Shown here: piece by piece, positions 1-6,894 of the stretch
Numbering within the stretch: position 1 is the first letter of the stretch
Layout: the number at the start of each line of letters is the position of its first letter
Virus record (IMG/VR): IMGVR_UViG_3300014510_000025
Length of the DNA stretch: 9,497 nucleotides
Direction: 5' to 3' (one strand)
Origin: a virus
Lineage: Duplodnaviria > Heunggongvirae > Uroviricota > Caudoviricetes
Made by a program: the position numbers and the translations under genes
The notes under the pieces: model-generated
Database searches by the model: none
The model's input: only the letters and a program-made list of their open reading frames with translations
What the model was told of the DNA's origin: nothing

Positions 1-219
1 TTACATCCACATAATTTGCTGCCCTGACGGCAACGGGTGCGGCCTTACAGCGTGGACTTCTCCCGGCTTCACGATGTATCGCTGTACCGACTCATAAGTG
101 ATGAACGTGGCGCTGCAATTCACGTTCTGACACTGGTGATAACGCTCTTTTGTCGTGTCAGTGATATAGCGACTTGTACGCGCATGTGCGGCATGCTGGC
201 ATAAAGGACAATGAAACAT
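1..219 (-). CDS. ogr: Ogr late-gene transcriptional activator (Ogr/Delta zinc-finger family), 72 aa
   Basis: Translation from ATG at 219..217 reads MFHCPLCQHAAHARTSRYITDTTKERYHQCQNVNCSATF...IMWM with a CxxC...CxxxxC zinc-binding arrangement and ends at TAA 3..1. This matches P2 Ogr in sequence and length as I remember it. The ORF-track start at 282 adds 21 residues not expected for Ogr; a GGAAGAGGTG Shine-Dalgarno precedes the ATG at 219. Confidence 0.88.
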   Translation of the reverse strand: MFHCPLCQHAAHARTSRYITDTTKERYHQCQNVNCSATFITYESVQRYIVKPGEVHAVRPHPLPSGQQIMWM

Positions 220-253
220 CGCGAGCACCTCTTCCGGTTTTGTTGATGGTGTC

Positions 254-282
254 ATTTTAGTTAATTTATCCTTATAAAACAA
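254..282 (-). promoter_or_regulatory. Candidate sigma70-type promoter for ogr (-35 TTGTTT at 282..277, 17-bp spacer, -10 TAAAAT at 259..254)
   Basis: Hexamers read directly from the minus strand in the 81-bp D-ogr intergenic region; spacing is canonical. Not experimentally anchored, and AT-rich DNA yields such matches easily. Confidence 0.3.
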
Positions 283-300
283 ACAGATAAAATAAAAACA

Positions 301-1464
301 TCACTCATCATCTTCTGTTTCGTACTCCACATCAGAAAGCCTGACCTCAAGCTCTAAGGACGTCGTGAAGCCGGAATTATTCAGAAAATGTGTCACCTTA
401 GTGATTGTCCAGTCCTGCTCGTCTATGACGCGCTTAAAGCCTGACACTTTAACCGGTGTTTCCGTGTAAATATCTGCCCGACCGGTAGCCAGGCTGATGG
501 AGAACTCCGCCACACCCCGTTGCAGTTTATCCCACTTCGCCTGAGCGGCGCGCATGGCCTGCGCTTTCGTGGCATATACCGTAGTCAGGGCAAAAACGTT
601 GTCAGCCTCACCGGCCATGTATTCACCTTCACGCGCTTCCGGTACTTTTGGCGCTTTCTTCTGCGTGACCGGTTTTGCTTTCGGGTGCTCCAGCGCGCGC
701 AGGTGTTTTTCTTTCTTTTTGCGTTTCAGTTTTACCTTCTGCTTTTGTGGTTTCGGGTCTTTGGTGTGTAACCACTTTGCCGTTACGCCGGTGTAAGCTC
801 CACGGTCAGCAATCGCAAAATGATGACGGTCGCCGTCGCTGCGGGTTATGGTAATCTGCGGGATTTTTTTACCACTGGCCGTCACCCCCTGCCCCGCTTT
901 GAGAAACAGCAGTTTTCCCATTTTTACCGACACCTCGCCGCCGTTACGTTCTGCAAGACGGGTCAGAAATTTCGCATCAGACTCCTGCGACTGGTCGATG
1001 TGCGGGATTTTAATTCCGGCCAGTGACGGAGCGACACTGGCTTCCAGCCTGTTACGGGAGGCTATCGCCTCAACAATCGCGCCGAGCGTGGTGTCATGCC
1101 AGGAGCCTTCCCGGCGGGAATTAAGCGTCCCGCGGAAATCTGCACTCCGGGCGCGGATGGTGACCACATCCGGCGCGCCCCGGTGTTCAACCTCATCAAC
1201 GGTGAATTTCCCTTTGCATACCAGGGCAAAACCTTTCCAGCCGATATACACCGTCAGGACAGCGCCACGAACCGGCAGCCCGACCTGCCCGTCGGCATCG
1301 TTCAGTTCAATATCAAGCTGGTCAGCCTCAAAGCCCCGGTTATCCGTCAGGGTCATGCTCATCAGACGGTCGCTGATATTGCCGGTAATATCCCTGCTGT
1401 CGAGCATCAGCATGTAATCCGGCGTCAGCGTACTGCCTGCATCAAATGTCAGCGCATCCAGCAT
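301..1464 (-). CDS. D: Tail protein D (P2 gpD-like), 387 aa
   Basis: Full-length ORF 387 aa, the same length as P2 gpD, in the position between U and ogr. Its ATG (1464..1462) overlaps the U stop codon by one base (TAATG), indicating translational coupling. Confidence 0.9.
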   Translation of the reverse strand: MLDALTFDAGSTLTPDYMLMLDSRDITGNISDRLMSMTLTDNRGFEADQLDIELNDADGQVGLPVRGAVLTVYIGWKGFALVCKGKFTVDEVEHRGAPDVVTIRARSADFRGTLNSRREGSWHDTTLGAIVEAIASRNRLEASVAPSLAGIKIPHIDQSQESDAKFLTRLAERNGGEVSVKMGKLLFLKAGQGVTASGKKIPQITITRSDGDRHHFAIADRGAYTGVTAKWLHTKDPKPQKQKVKLKRKKKEKHLRALEHPKAKPVTQKKAPKVPEAREGEYMAGEADNVFALTTVYATKAQAMRAAQAKWDKLQRGVAEFSISLATGRADIYTETPVKVSGFKRVIDEQDWTITKVTHFLNNSGFTTSLELEVRLSDVEYETEDDE

Positions 1465-1943
1465 TATCCCACCTCCGTCATACCCGTGAATTTAGTCGCC
1501 ATACTGCCAGCCTTACCGATGAGCGATTCCGCCTGTTTGCCGATATCGCCATAAAGCGCGGCCAGTGATTCATCAACGCGGGTGAGCGACAGCGTAAAAT
1601 CAATTTTCCGGGGTGTGCCGTCTGCAAAGAAAATACTCCCTGTTTCACTCACCCTGCTGATGACATACATGCCGTAAATCATGCCGGTGCCATCCAGCAA
1701 CGGCCACGCCCGACCTTCCTCTGCCATCAGCCTGAGCGTAGTCATCGTCAGCTTTCCGCCGGTCAGCTCGGGATAAAGCACACCGGCCAGCGTGATGTTT
1801 TCCTCACCCACACCGAGAAACTGAAAGGCATCCCGTTTACCGATACGGGAATTTGACGGCCAGCGATAATCTGATTCACGCTGCATGGTCTGGTGTGGCA
1901 GCGTCTGGCGCATAAAAACAAACATACCTAACGCGAGCATCAT
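1464..1943 (-). CDS. U: Tail protein U (P2 gpU-like), 159 aa
   Basis: 159-aa ORF matching P2 gpU length and position. A strong Shine-Dalgarno AAGGAGGTGA lies upstream of the ATG at 1943 (reverse complement of 1948..1957). Confidence 0.9.
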   Translation of the reverse strand: MMLALGMFVFMRQTLPHQTMQRESDYRWPSNSRIGKRDAFQFLGVGEENITLAGVLYPELTGGKLTMTTLRLMAEEGRAWPLLDGTGMIYGMYVISRVSETGSIFFADGTPRKIDFTLSLTRVDESLAALYGDIGKQAESLIGKAGSMATKFTGMTEVG

Positions 1944-1957
1944 TTTTCGTCACCTCC

Positions 1958-4405
1958 TTAACCGTCATGCATCATGCTGGCACGGGCGCGCGCACGTTTA
2001 TCCCGCTCGTATTTTTCGAGCGCAGCCTGTAACTGGCGGTCAAGCTGTGTCCCCGGCGCATTACCACCCGTCAGGCTGATGTGATATTCGTTTTTACTCT
2101 GGTCCACATAAGAGCGGCTAGCCGGTGCCGTGACCGGCTGATAAGCCTGATAGCCTGCATAAGAGCTGGTCGCCGGAATATAACCACCGCTGCCATACGT
2201 GGCGGCTTGAGTTCTGGCGGCGGTCTGGTCAAGTGTGTCTGACTCTTTGTTGATAACACCGAGTTTTTCCAGTACCCAGTCAATACCGCTGCGCAGTTTG
2301 TTGAACGCATTAAGCGGCAGCATCAGCGCGTCAGCCAGTGCCTGCCCGAACATGACCCCCGTGTCACGGCAACTGTTCAGGGTGTCCTGAGTGGCTTTGA
2401 CCGGGGCAATCAGGTTTTTAAACCACTGCCACGCGGCCTGTAACTTTTCACCCAGCCAGTCAAACAGCGGCTTAAGTGGCGTGAACAGTTCCCCCACCGG
2501 CGCAAATGCCGCTTTCAGCCCTTCAACCACACCGCCAAAGAATGCGCTGACAGGCTCCCAGTATTTACGGATAAGTAACGCTCCGGCGACAATGGCGGCC
2601 ACCACGGCCACTACCGGCCAGCTAATCGCCCCGATGGCCGTCATAACAGCACTGCCAACCGTCGTGAAGATTGCCCCCATTGCGCCTGCTGCCGCGATGA
2701 TGGCATTAATGCCGGTGATAACCGGCCAGGCTACAAGACCAATTGCACCGATGATGCCAATAAGCGCCAGTGCGCCACCGGCAATGATGCCGATGGTTGA
2801 CGCCAGTGATTTGTTTTTCTGGATCCAGCCGTCGAGTTTTAACACATACTTTGTGGCCGTCTGCGTGAGATTACGCAGTGCGCCTTCCTGCTGGTCAAAC
2901 AGGTCTGTCCCCACCGCTTCATAAGCGGACTGAAACTCCTTAAAGTCACCGCCGAGATTGTCCTGCATGATATTTACCAGCTCTGCGGTCTTCCCGTCTG
3001 AGGCTTTAAACGCAGCAGTCAGTTTGTCCAGCTTTCCGGTTGAGGCGGCAGTCATCAGCACGGCGGCGGCTGAGCTGGCTTCCTCCCCGAAAATGGTTTT
3101 CATGTATTCAGCCTGCTGGGCAGTACCGAGCCGGTTTTTCTCAAAACTGGCCTGCATTTCTTTCAGAATGGTAAATATTGGCCGGGTGTTTCCCTTACTA
3201 TCTGAGGTTTTCACACCAAGTTCTTTGAGTGCATCCCATGCTTTTCCCGTCGGTGCCTGCAGGCGGCTTAACACGGCACGACTTCCCGTCCCCGCCATTG
3301 AGCCTGTGATTTTTGCATCATGCAGCGCCCCAACCATTGCGGCGGGTTCTTCAATGCTGACACCGGCATTTTTTGCCACAGGTGCGGCATAGGTCAGCGC
3401 ATCGCTCATGCCGTCAAAATCGGCGGCGGTTTTGTTCATCGTCATGGAGAGAACATCCCCGATATGAGCGACCTTATCGTTTGAAAGTTGAAAGGCGGAT
3501 TTCATCCCCATTAGCAGGGCGGCGTTTTCTTCCATCGTGCGGCGATTCGCCAGCGCCATATTCAGCGTGACCGGCGTTGCCGCCTGAATGGCATCAACAT
3601 CCCCACCGGCTTTCGCAATGATAATCTGCGCACCGGCTGCATCATCCGCCGAGGCGGCGGTATTATCGCCGAGCTGGCGCGCCTGTTTGCGTAGTGCGGT
3701 CATTTCGGCGGAGTCTTTTGCCACTCCGAGCACGGCCTGCAATTCTGAGTTTTTCTGCGCAAACTCATAACCGGGCATCAGCAACTTAACTCCGGCCATC
3801 GTTCCCGCCGCCGCAATCCCCACACCGGCAGCGCCTACTGAGGCCATATTTCCGGCCAGTTCCTTGCCTGCCTGATAACGCTGTTTTACTGCGTTAAGTT
3901 TTGCCTGTTGCGCACTGACACGCGCCAGCGCGTCACGCTGACGGTTAAGCTGTGCGGTGGTTTCACTGATACGGTTTTTCAGCCCCTGCTCATCATGTGC
4001 AAGATTGCGGGTATTAATTCCCACAGCGGCCAGTTCCCGCTGCTGGCGTTTAACGGAATCTGTCAGGCGGTTATATTTCGCCTGTAAGTCCTCCGCCGCA
4101 CGCTTTGCGGATTCCAGCACTTTCGCCTGAGCACGGGTCGGACGTTCGGTGTTTTTAAACTGTGTGGCAAGGGCTTCGGCCTCCTGCCGTGCCTTTTCAA
4201 GTGCATGACCAGTCACGGCGAGCTGTGCACTGGTCTTGCGGAATCCCTCAATACGGGATGCCTGACCGTTCAGCTCGCGCAGTGATTTTTGTGTTTCCCG
4301 GATATCCCCCGACAGCGATTTGCTCGCTGTGCGGATGGATTTAAACGGGCGGGATGCCTGGTCAACAGCCCTGAGCAATACCTGTAATTTTACATTGTTA
4401 CTCAT
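1958..4405 (-). CDS. T: Tail tape measure protein T (P2 gpT-like), 815 aa
   Basis: 815-aa ORF. The N-terminal half is coiled-coil-like (rich in A, Q, R, K, E). A central Gly/Ala-rich hydrophobic stretch (IIAGGALALIGIIGAIGLVAWPVITGINAIIAAAGAMGAIF) is typical of tape measure proteins. Position immediately downstream of E/E' matches P2. Confidence 0.92.
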   Translation of the reverse strand: MSNNVKLQVLLRAVDQASRPFKSIRTASKSLSGDIRETQKSLRELNGQASRIEGFRKTSAQLAVTGHALEKARQEAEALATQFKNTERPTRAQAKVLESAKRAAEDLQAKYNRLTDSVKRQQRELAAVGINTRNLAHDEQGLKNRISETTAQLNRQRDALARVSAQQAKLNAVKQRYQAGKELAGNMASVGAAGVGIAAAGTMAGVKLLMPGYEFAQKNSELQAVLGVAKDSAEMTALRKQARQLGDNTAASADDAAGAQIIIAKAGGDVDAIQAATPVTLNMALANRRTMEENAALLMGMKSAFQLSNDKVAHIGDVLSMTMNKTAADFDGMSDALTYAAPVAKNAGVSIEEPAAMVGALHDAKITGSMAGTGSRAVLSRLQAPTGKAWDALKELGVKTSDSKGNTRPIFTILKEMQASFEKNRLGTAQQAEYMKTIFGEEASSAAAVLMTAASTGKLDKLTAAFKASDGKTAELVNIMQDNLGGDFKEFQSAYEAVGTDLFDQQEGALRNLTQTATKYVLKLDGWIQKNKSLASTIGIIAGGALALIGIIGAIGLVAWPVITGINAIIAAAGAMGAIFTTVGSAVMTAIGAISWPVVAVVAAIVAGALLIRKYWEPVSAFFGGVVEGLKAAFAPVGELFTPLKPLFDWLGEKLQAAWQWFKNLIAPVKATQDTLNSCRDTGVMFGQALADALMLPLNAFNKLRSGIDWVLEKLGVINKESDTLDQTAARTQAATYGSGGYIPATSSYAGYQAYQPVTAPASRSYVDQSKNEYHISLTGGNAPGTQLDRQLQAALEKYERDKRARARASMMHDG

Positions 4406-4825
4406 TCGTGTTTCCGCTTCGCCGGAGCGCCTTTTCGCGCCATGTGATGAGTTCGGTCAGGCTCATGGGATACAGTTCTGATGGCGGCCAGTGAAATATC
4501 ACTGCCACATCTGCCATCAGGTCATCGACCGACAGATTTTTCGGAAACGTTACTGCACCGAGTTCGGCGACAAAAAACCGACCACCTTACCGGCCAGCGC
4601 CACAAGGTCAGGCAGTTCCAGTGCGGCAACTTCCTGCTCGGTCAGCATCGGTGCCGTCATGCGCGGCAACACCTTAATTAGTGCATCAACTTCGGAGTTT
4701 GCGACCGCAGCCAGACTGACACCGCGCAGCGTCCCGGCACTGGGTTTCATCAGCGTGACCTGTTCGATGACCTGCTCACCACGCTTGACCGAATTGTCCA
4801 GGGTAATCACATTTTCTTTGTTCAT
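4398..4825 (-). CDS. E': Tail assembly chaperone E+E' (programmed -1 ribosomal frameshift product of gene E, about 142 aa)
   Basis: Manual translation after a -1 slip at the T-run 4577..4572 continues ...FFVAELGAVTFPKNLSVDDLMADVAVIFHWPPSELYPMSLTELITWREKALRRSGNTNE and stops at TAA 4400..4398, overlapping the T start codon. This is the conserved E/E' arrangement of P2-like phages (analogous to lambda G/GT). Confidence 0.8.
4550..4825 (-). CDS. E: Tail assembly chaperone E (P2 gpE-like), 91 aa
   Basis: 91-aa ORF MNKENVITLDN...GKVVGFLSPNSVQ ending at TAA 4552..4550. It contains the slippery run G GTT TTT TG near its 3' end. Confidence 0.88.
   Translation of the reverse strand: MNKENVITLDNSVKRGEQVIEQVTLMKPSAGTLRGVSLAAVANSEVDALIKVLPRMTAPMLTEQEVAALELPDLVALAGKVVGFLSPNSVQ
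4571..4579 (-). other. Programmed -1 frameshift slippery site (minus-strand GGTTTTTTG)
   Basis: Homopolymeric T6 followed by G, read directly; zero-frame codons are GGT TTT TTG. It lies 19 nt upstream of the E stop, where the -1 frame is open through to 4398. Confidence 0.75.
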
Positions 4826-4849
4826 GGTTTTCTCACTTCTGAATCAGGG

Positions 4850-5407
4850 TTAACCGGTCAGCCTGGCTGACCGGATGAAAATCACAGGCCGATATTGCGG
4901 CGGGNNNNNNNNNNCCCCCAGCCGGTCGACGCCGTTCACCTTCTCAATCATGTTGATGGTGTCGATTTCGACCAGCTCCTTACCGTCCATCGTCAGCCGG
5001 AAATAGGTGCAGACCACGGAGATTTTCGACTCAGTGTCTTCTCCCTGTTTACCCTCGCCGGTGTCGATTTCTTTCTGACGTCCACGCATGACCACTTCGA
5101 CGGCCACCGTTTCGCCGGTATCGTCACGCTGGTAAGAGCCTGCAAAACGAATCGGCACAGCATCCACACCGGTTGCGGCGTAAAGCTCCCAGATAACCGA
5201 ATCCGGGAAGCCCCCGAGCGACCACTCCATTGACAGCGCATCGTCATCAAGGCCGAGGTCTACCGGTGCGCTGCCGTTCATCCCCGCACCGCGATAGTTT
5301 TCGAGCTTACGGGTCAGTTTTGGCAGCGTGACGGACTTCGCGACGCCCTGATAGCTGTAGCCGTTCAGAAAGACGTTCATTAACTTGAGTTTGCGCGGCA
5401 TTGCCAT
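4850..5407 (-). CDS. FII: Tail tube protein FII (P2 gpFII-like); contains a 10-N assembly gap, so the 3' end is uncertain
   Basis: ORF begins MAMPRKLKLMNVFLNGYSYQGVAKSVTLPKL..., tail-tube-like, directly downstream of the sheath gene with an AAGGAG Shine-Dalgarno. As given, the frame stays open across the N-run to TAA 4852..4850 (185 aa). If the true gap length is not 10, the alternative frame ends ...RRNIGL at TGA 4884..4882, closer to the about 172 aa I expect for P2 FII. Confidence 0.82.
   Translation of the reverse strand: MAMPRKLKLMNVFLNGYSYQGVAKSVTLPKLTRKLENYRGAGMNGSAPVDLGLDDDALSMEWSLGGFPDSVIWELYAATGVDAVPIRFAGSYQRDDTGETVAVEVVMRGRQKEIDTGEGKQGEDTESKISVVCTYFRLTMDGKELVEIDTINMIEKVNGVDRLGXXXXPPQYRPVIFIRSARLTG
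4906..4915. other. Run of 10 N (assembly gap or masked bases) inside the FII coding sequence
   Basis: Literal nnnnnnnnnn in the sequence; the four X residues in the ORF-track translation come from it. Confidence 0.99.
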
Positions 5408-5419
5408 CGGTCAGGCTCC

Positions 5420-6610
5420 TTAATTGCTGTTAACCGAGGTGACCAGATTTGCCAGGTATTTATCGGTAATACGCTGGCGCAGGGTCAGGTTTTCAAGAGG
5501 AGGCACCGGTGTATAGTCGTAGTCGATATACAGTTTTCCGGCCTTGAGGGTTTCCACATCGTTGGATTCTTCGCTGAACCAGCAGGTCGCATCCACGATA
5601 TAGCCGTTTGTTTTCAGCTCACGGAATTTGGCATTGATGCCGTCAACGATGTCGCGAATCAGCGTTGCGGTGATGGGCTTGTCCACCGCCCACATGTGCG
5701 CCTCAGCCATCGTGTCGGCCAGCACCTGCGCGGTGCGGGTATAGTTTTCAAAGAGGAACAGCGGGTCATCAGAGCAGGTACGGTTACCCCAGAATCGGAA
5801 ACCGTCGCGGCGAATCAGCGTAGTGACGCCTGACTCGTTAAGCAGGTCAGCATCGGTGCCGGACTCCTGCAAATCCCAGAAGACGGATGCGCTGATGCCG
5901 GTAACACCGTTCACCCCGACGTTGGACAGCGTTTTATGCCAGCCCTGCTCCTGGTCGATTTTAGCGCGCAGACCCAGCGCACGGGCGGTGGCATACGCGG
6001 TGGCGGTGGTACTGGTGACCGTATCCCATGCGAGGAAATCCGGCCAGATGACCATCAGCTCACGCTGGCTGAAATTCTGGCGGTAGGCTTTCACCTCGGA
6101 AATGGTCTTACAGCCCCATGCGCTGATATACCCGAAAGCGCGCAGCTTCTGACAGACTGATGCCAGTGCAACAGCCACCTCTTTGGTGTCCAGTCCCGGC
6201 ACACCGAGAATACGCGGTTTAACACCGGTTACCGACTCCGCCGCCAGCAGGGCTTTCAGTCCGGTGTACTGACCGTTTTCGTCGGTGGTGCCGATGATAT
6301 TGGAAACGGTCTGCGCGAGTTTCGTTTCCTCGTCATCACCGGTGCCGTCTTCCACGCGCACGACAACGGTGACCGGTTTTGACTGGTCAGCGATGGCCTG
6401 CAACGATGCCGCCAGCGTGCCTTTTTTACCGGCCTTTGCAATTGCGCTCTGCACATTGGTAATCAGCACAGGTTTATTGAGGGGGAAGGTTTCCGCATCC
6501 GCATCGCTGGCCGTGCAGACCATGCCGACAATGGCCGTGGATACGGTGGAAATGACGCGGGTGCCGTCGTTAATCTCCAGCACCTGCACGCCGTGATGAT
6601 AGTCACTCAT
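5420..6610 (-). CDS. FI: Contractile tail sheath protein FI (P2 gpFI-like), 396 aa
   Basis: The ORF-track entry 5420..6724 carries a 38-aa N-terminal extension. The internal ATG at 6610..6608 gives MSDYHHGVQVLEINDGTRVISTVSTAIVGMVC..., 396 aa, matching the P2 sheath start and length as I remember them. A GGAG Shine-Dalgarno precedes it, and the extension would have to read through a terminator hairpin. Confidence 0.9.
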   Translation of the reverse strand: MSDYHHGVQVLEINDGTRVISTVSTAIVGMVCTASDADAETFPLNKPVLITNVQSAIAKAGKKGTLAASLQAIADQSKPVTVVVRVEDGTGDDEETKLAQTVSNIIGTTDENGQYTGLKALLAAESVTGVKPRILGVPGLDTKEVAVALASVCQKLRAFGYISAWGCKTISEVKAYRQNFSQRELMVIWPDFLAWDTVTSTTATAYATARALGLRAKIDQEQGWHKTLSNVGVNGVTGISASVFWDLQESGTDADLLNESGVTTLIRRDGFRFWGNRTCSDDPLFLFENYTRTAQVLADTMAEAHMWAVDKPITATLIRDIVDGINAKFRELKTNGYIVDATCWFSEESNDVETLKAGKLYIDYDYTPVPPLENLTLRQRITDKYLANLVTSVNSN

Positions 6611-6705
6611 CCGTTTAACTCCGTGGTTAATGGGTGAGTGGTATTTTCTGTTGTGCAGAGCATGAGACGCTATTTGACCTGGCTGGTCAGTGGATGAAAC
6701 AACAG

Positions 6706-6730
6706 ATAAAGAAAAGGCGGACAATCCGCC
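6706..6730 (-). terminator. Candidate rho-independent terminator downstream of the cargo ORF (minus strand: GGCGGA-TTG-TCCGCC followed by TTTTCTTTAT)
   Basis: Perfect 6-bp GC-rich inverted repeat with a 3-nt loop (6730..6716) followed immediately by a T-rich tract (6715..6706) on the minus strand only. It sits between the cargo ORF and FI. Confidence 0.45.
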
Positions 6731-6734
6731 CGCC

Positions 6735-6752
6735 TGTCATGATTTGTACACA
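6735..6752 (-). promoter_or_regulatory. Candidate Ogr-dependent late promoter element upstream of FI (minus strand TGT-N12-ACA dyad: TGTGTACAAATCATGACA)
   Basis: This is the only TGT-N12-ACA match in the 285 bp upstream of FI. Established knowledge: P2 late promoters, including P_F upstream of FI, carry a TGT-N12-ACA element centred near -55. I could not find a convincing -10 at the expected spacing, so this is tentative. Confidence 0.25.
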
Positions 6753-6894
6753 CTCATTTTCCGACTGACAATTTACATAACCCAAAAGTTATCAAATCTG
6801 ACAGTCTGCTTTGAGCAAGAAGCGGACATTTGCCTGTCAGGGTATATGCCGCTCTGCGGTTATTATCCAGAATCAATAATTCATCTGAGTTGGA

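Noticed and set aside
220-282. N-terminal extension of ogr (ORF-track start at 282, 93 aa)
   Set aside because: Ogr family proteins are about 72 aa and begin MFHCPLCQ; the ATG at 219 has a Shine-Dalgarno, and the extension would consume the presumed promoter.
2071-6456. Minus-strand out-of-frame ORFs 2071..2310, 4993..5250 and 6256..6456
   Set aside because: Each is fully embedded in an alternative frame of T, FII or FI respectively, with no independent start signals; they are frame-shadow ORFs.
520-6596. Plus-strand ORFs of 60-190 aa lying inside the D, U, T, E, FII and FI genes (520..771, 554..796, 820..1026, 848..1417, 1096..1554, 1885..2079, 2391..2924, 2958..3392, 3373..3570, 3588..3770, 4162..4344, 4481..4681, 4491..4853, 4895..5233, 5823..6086, 5936..6160, 6285..6596)
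   Set aside because: All are antisense to well-supported phage tail genes in GC-rich DNA, where long antisense ORFs arise by chance. Their translations are low-complexity (Ser/Ala/Pro/Arg-rich or Phe/Cys-rich) and none has a Shine-Dalgarno or operon context.
6611-6724. N-terminal extension of FI (ORF-track start at 6724, 434 aa)
   Set aside because: The extension has no counterpart in sheath proteins and would be translated through the terminator hairpin and late-promoter region; the internal ATG at 6610 gives the expected 396-aa sheath.
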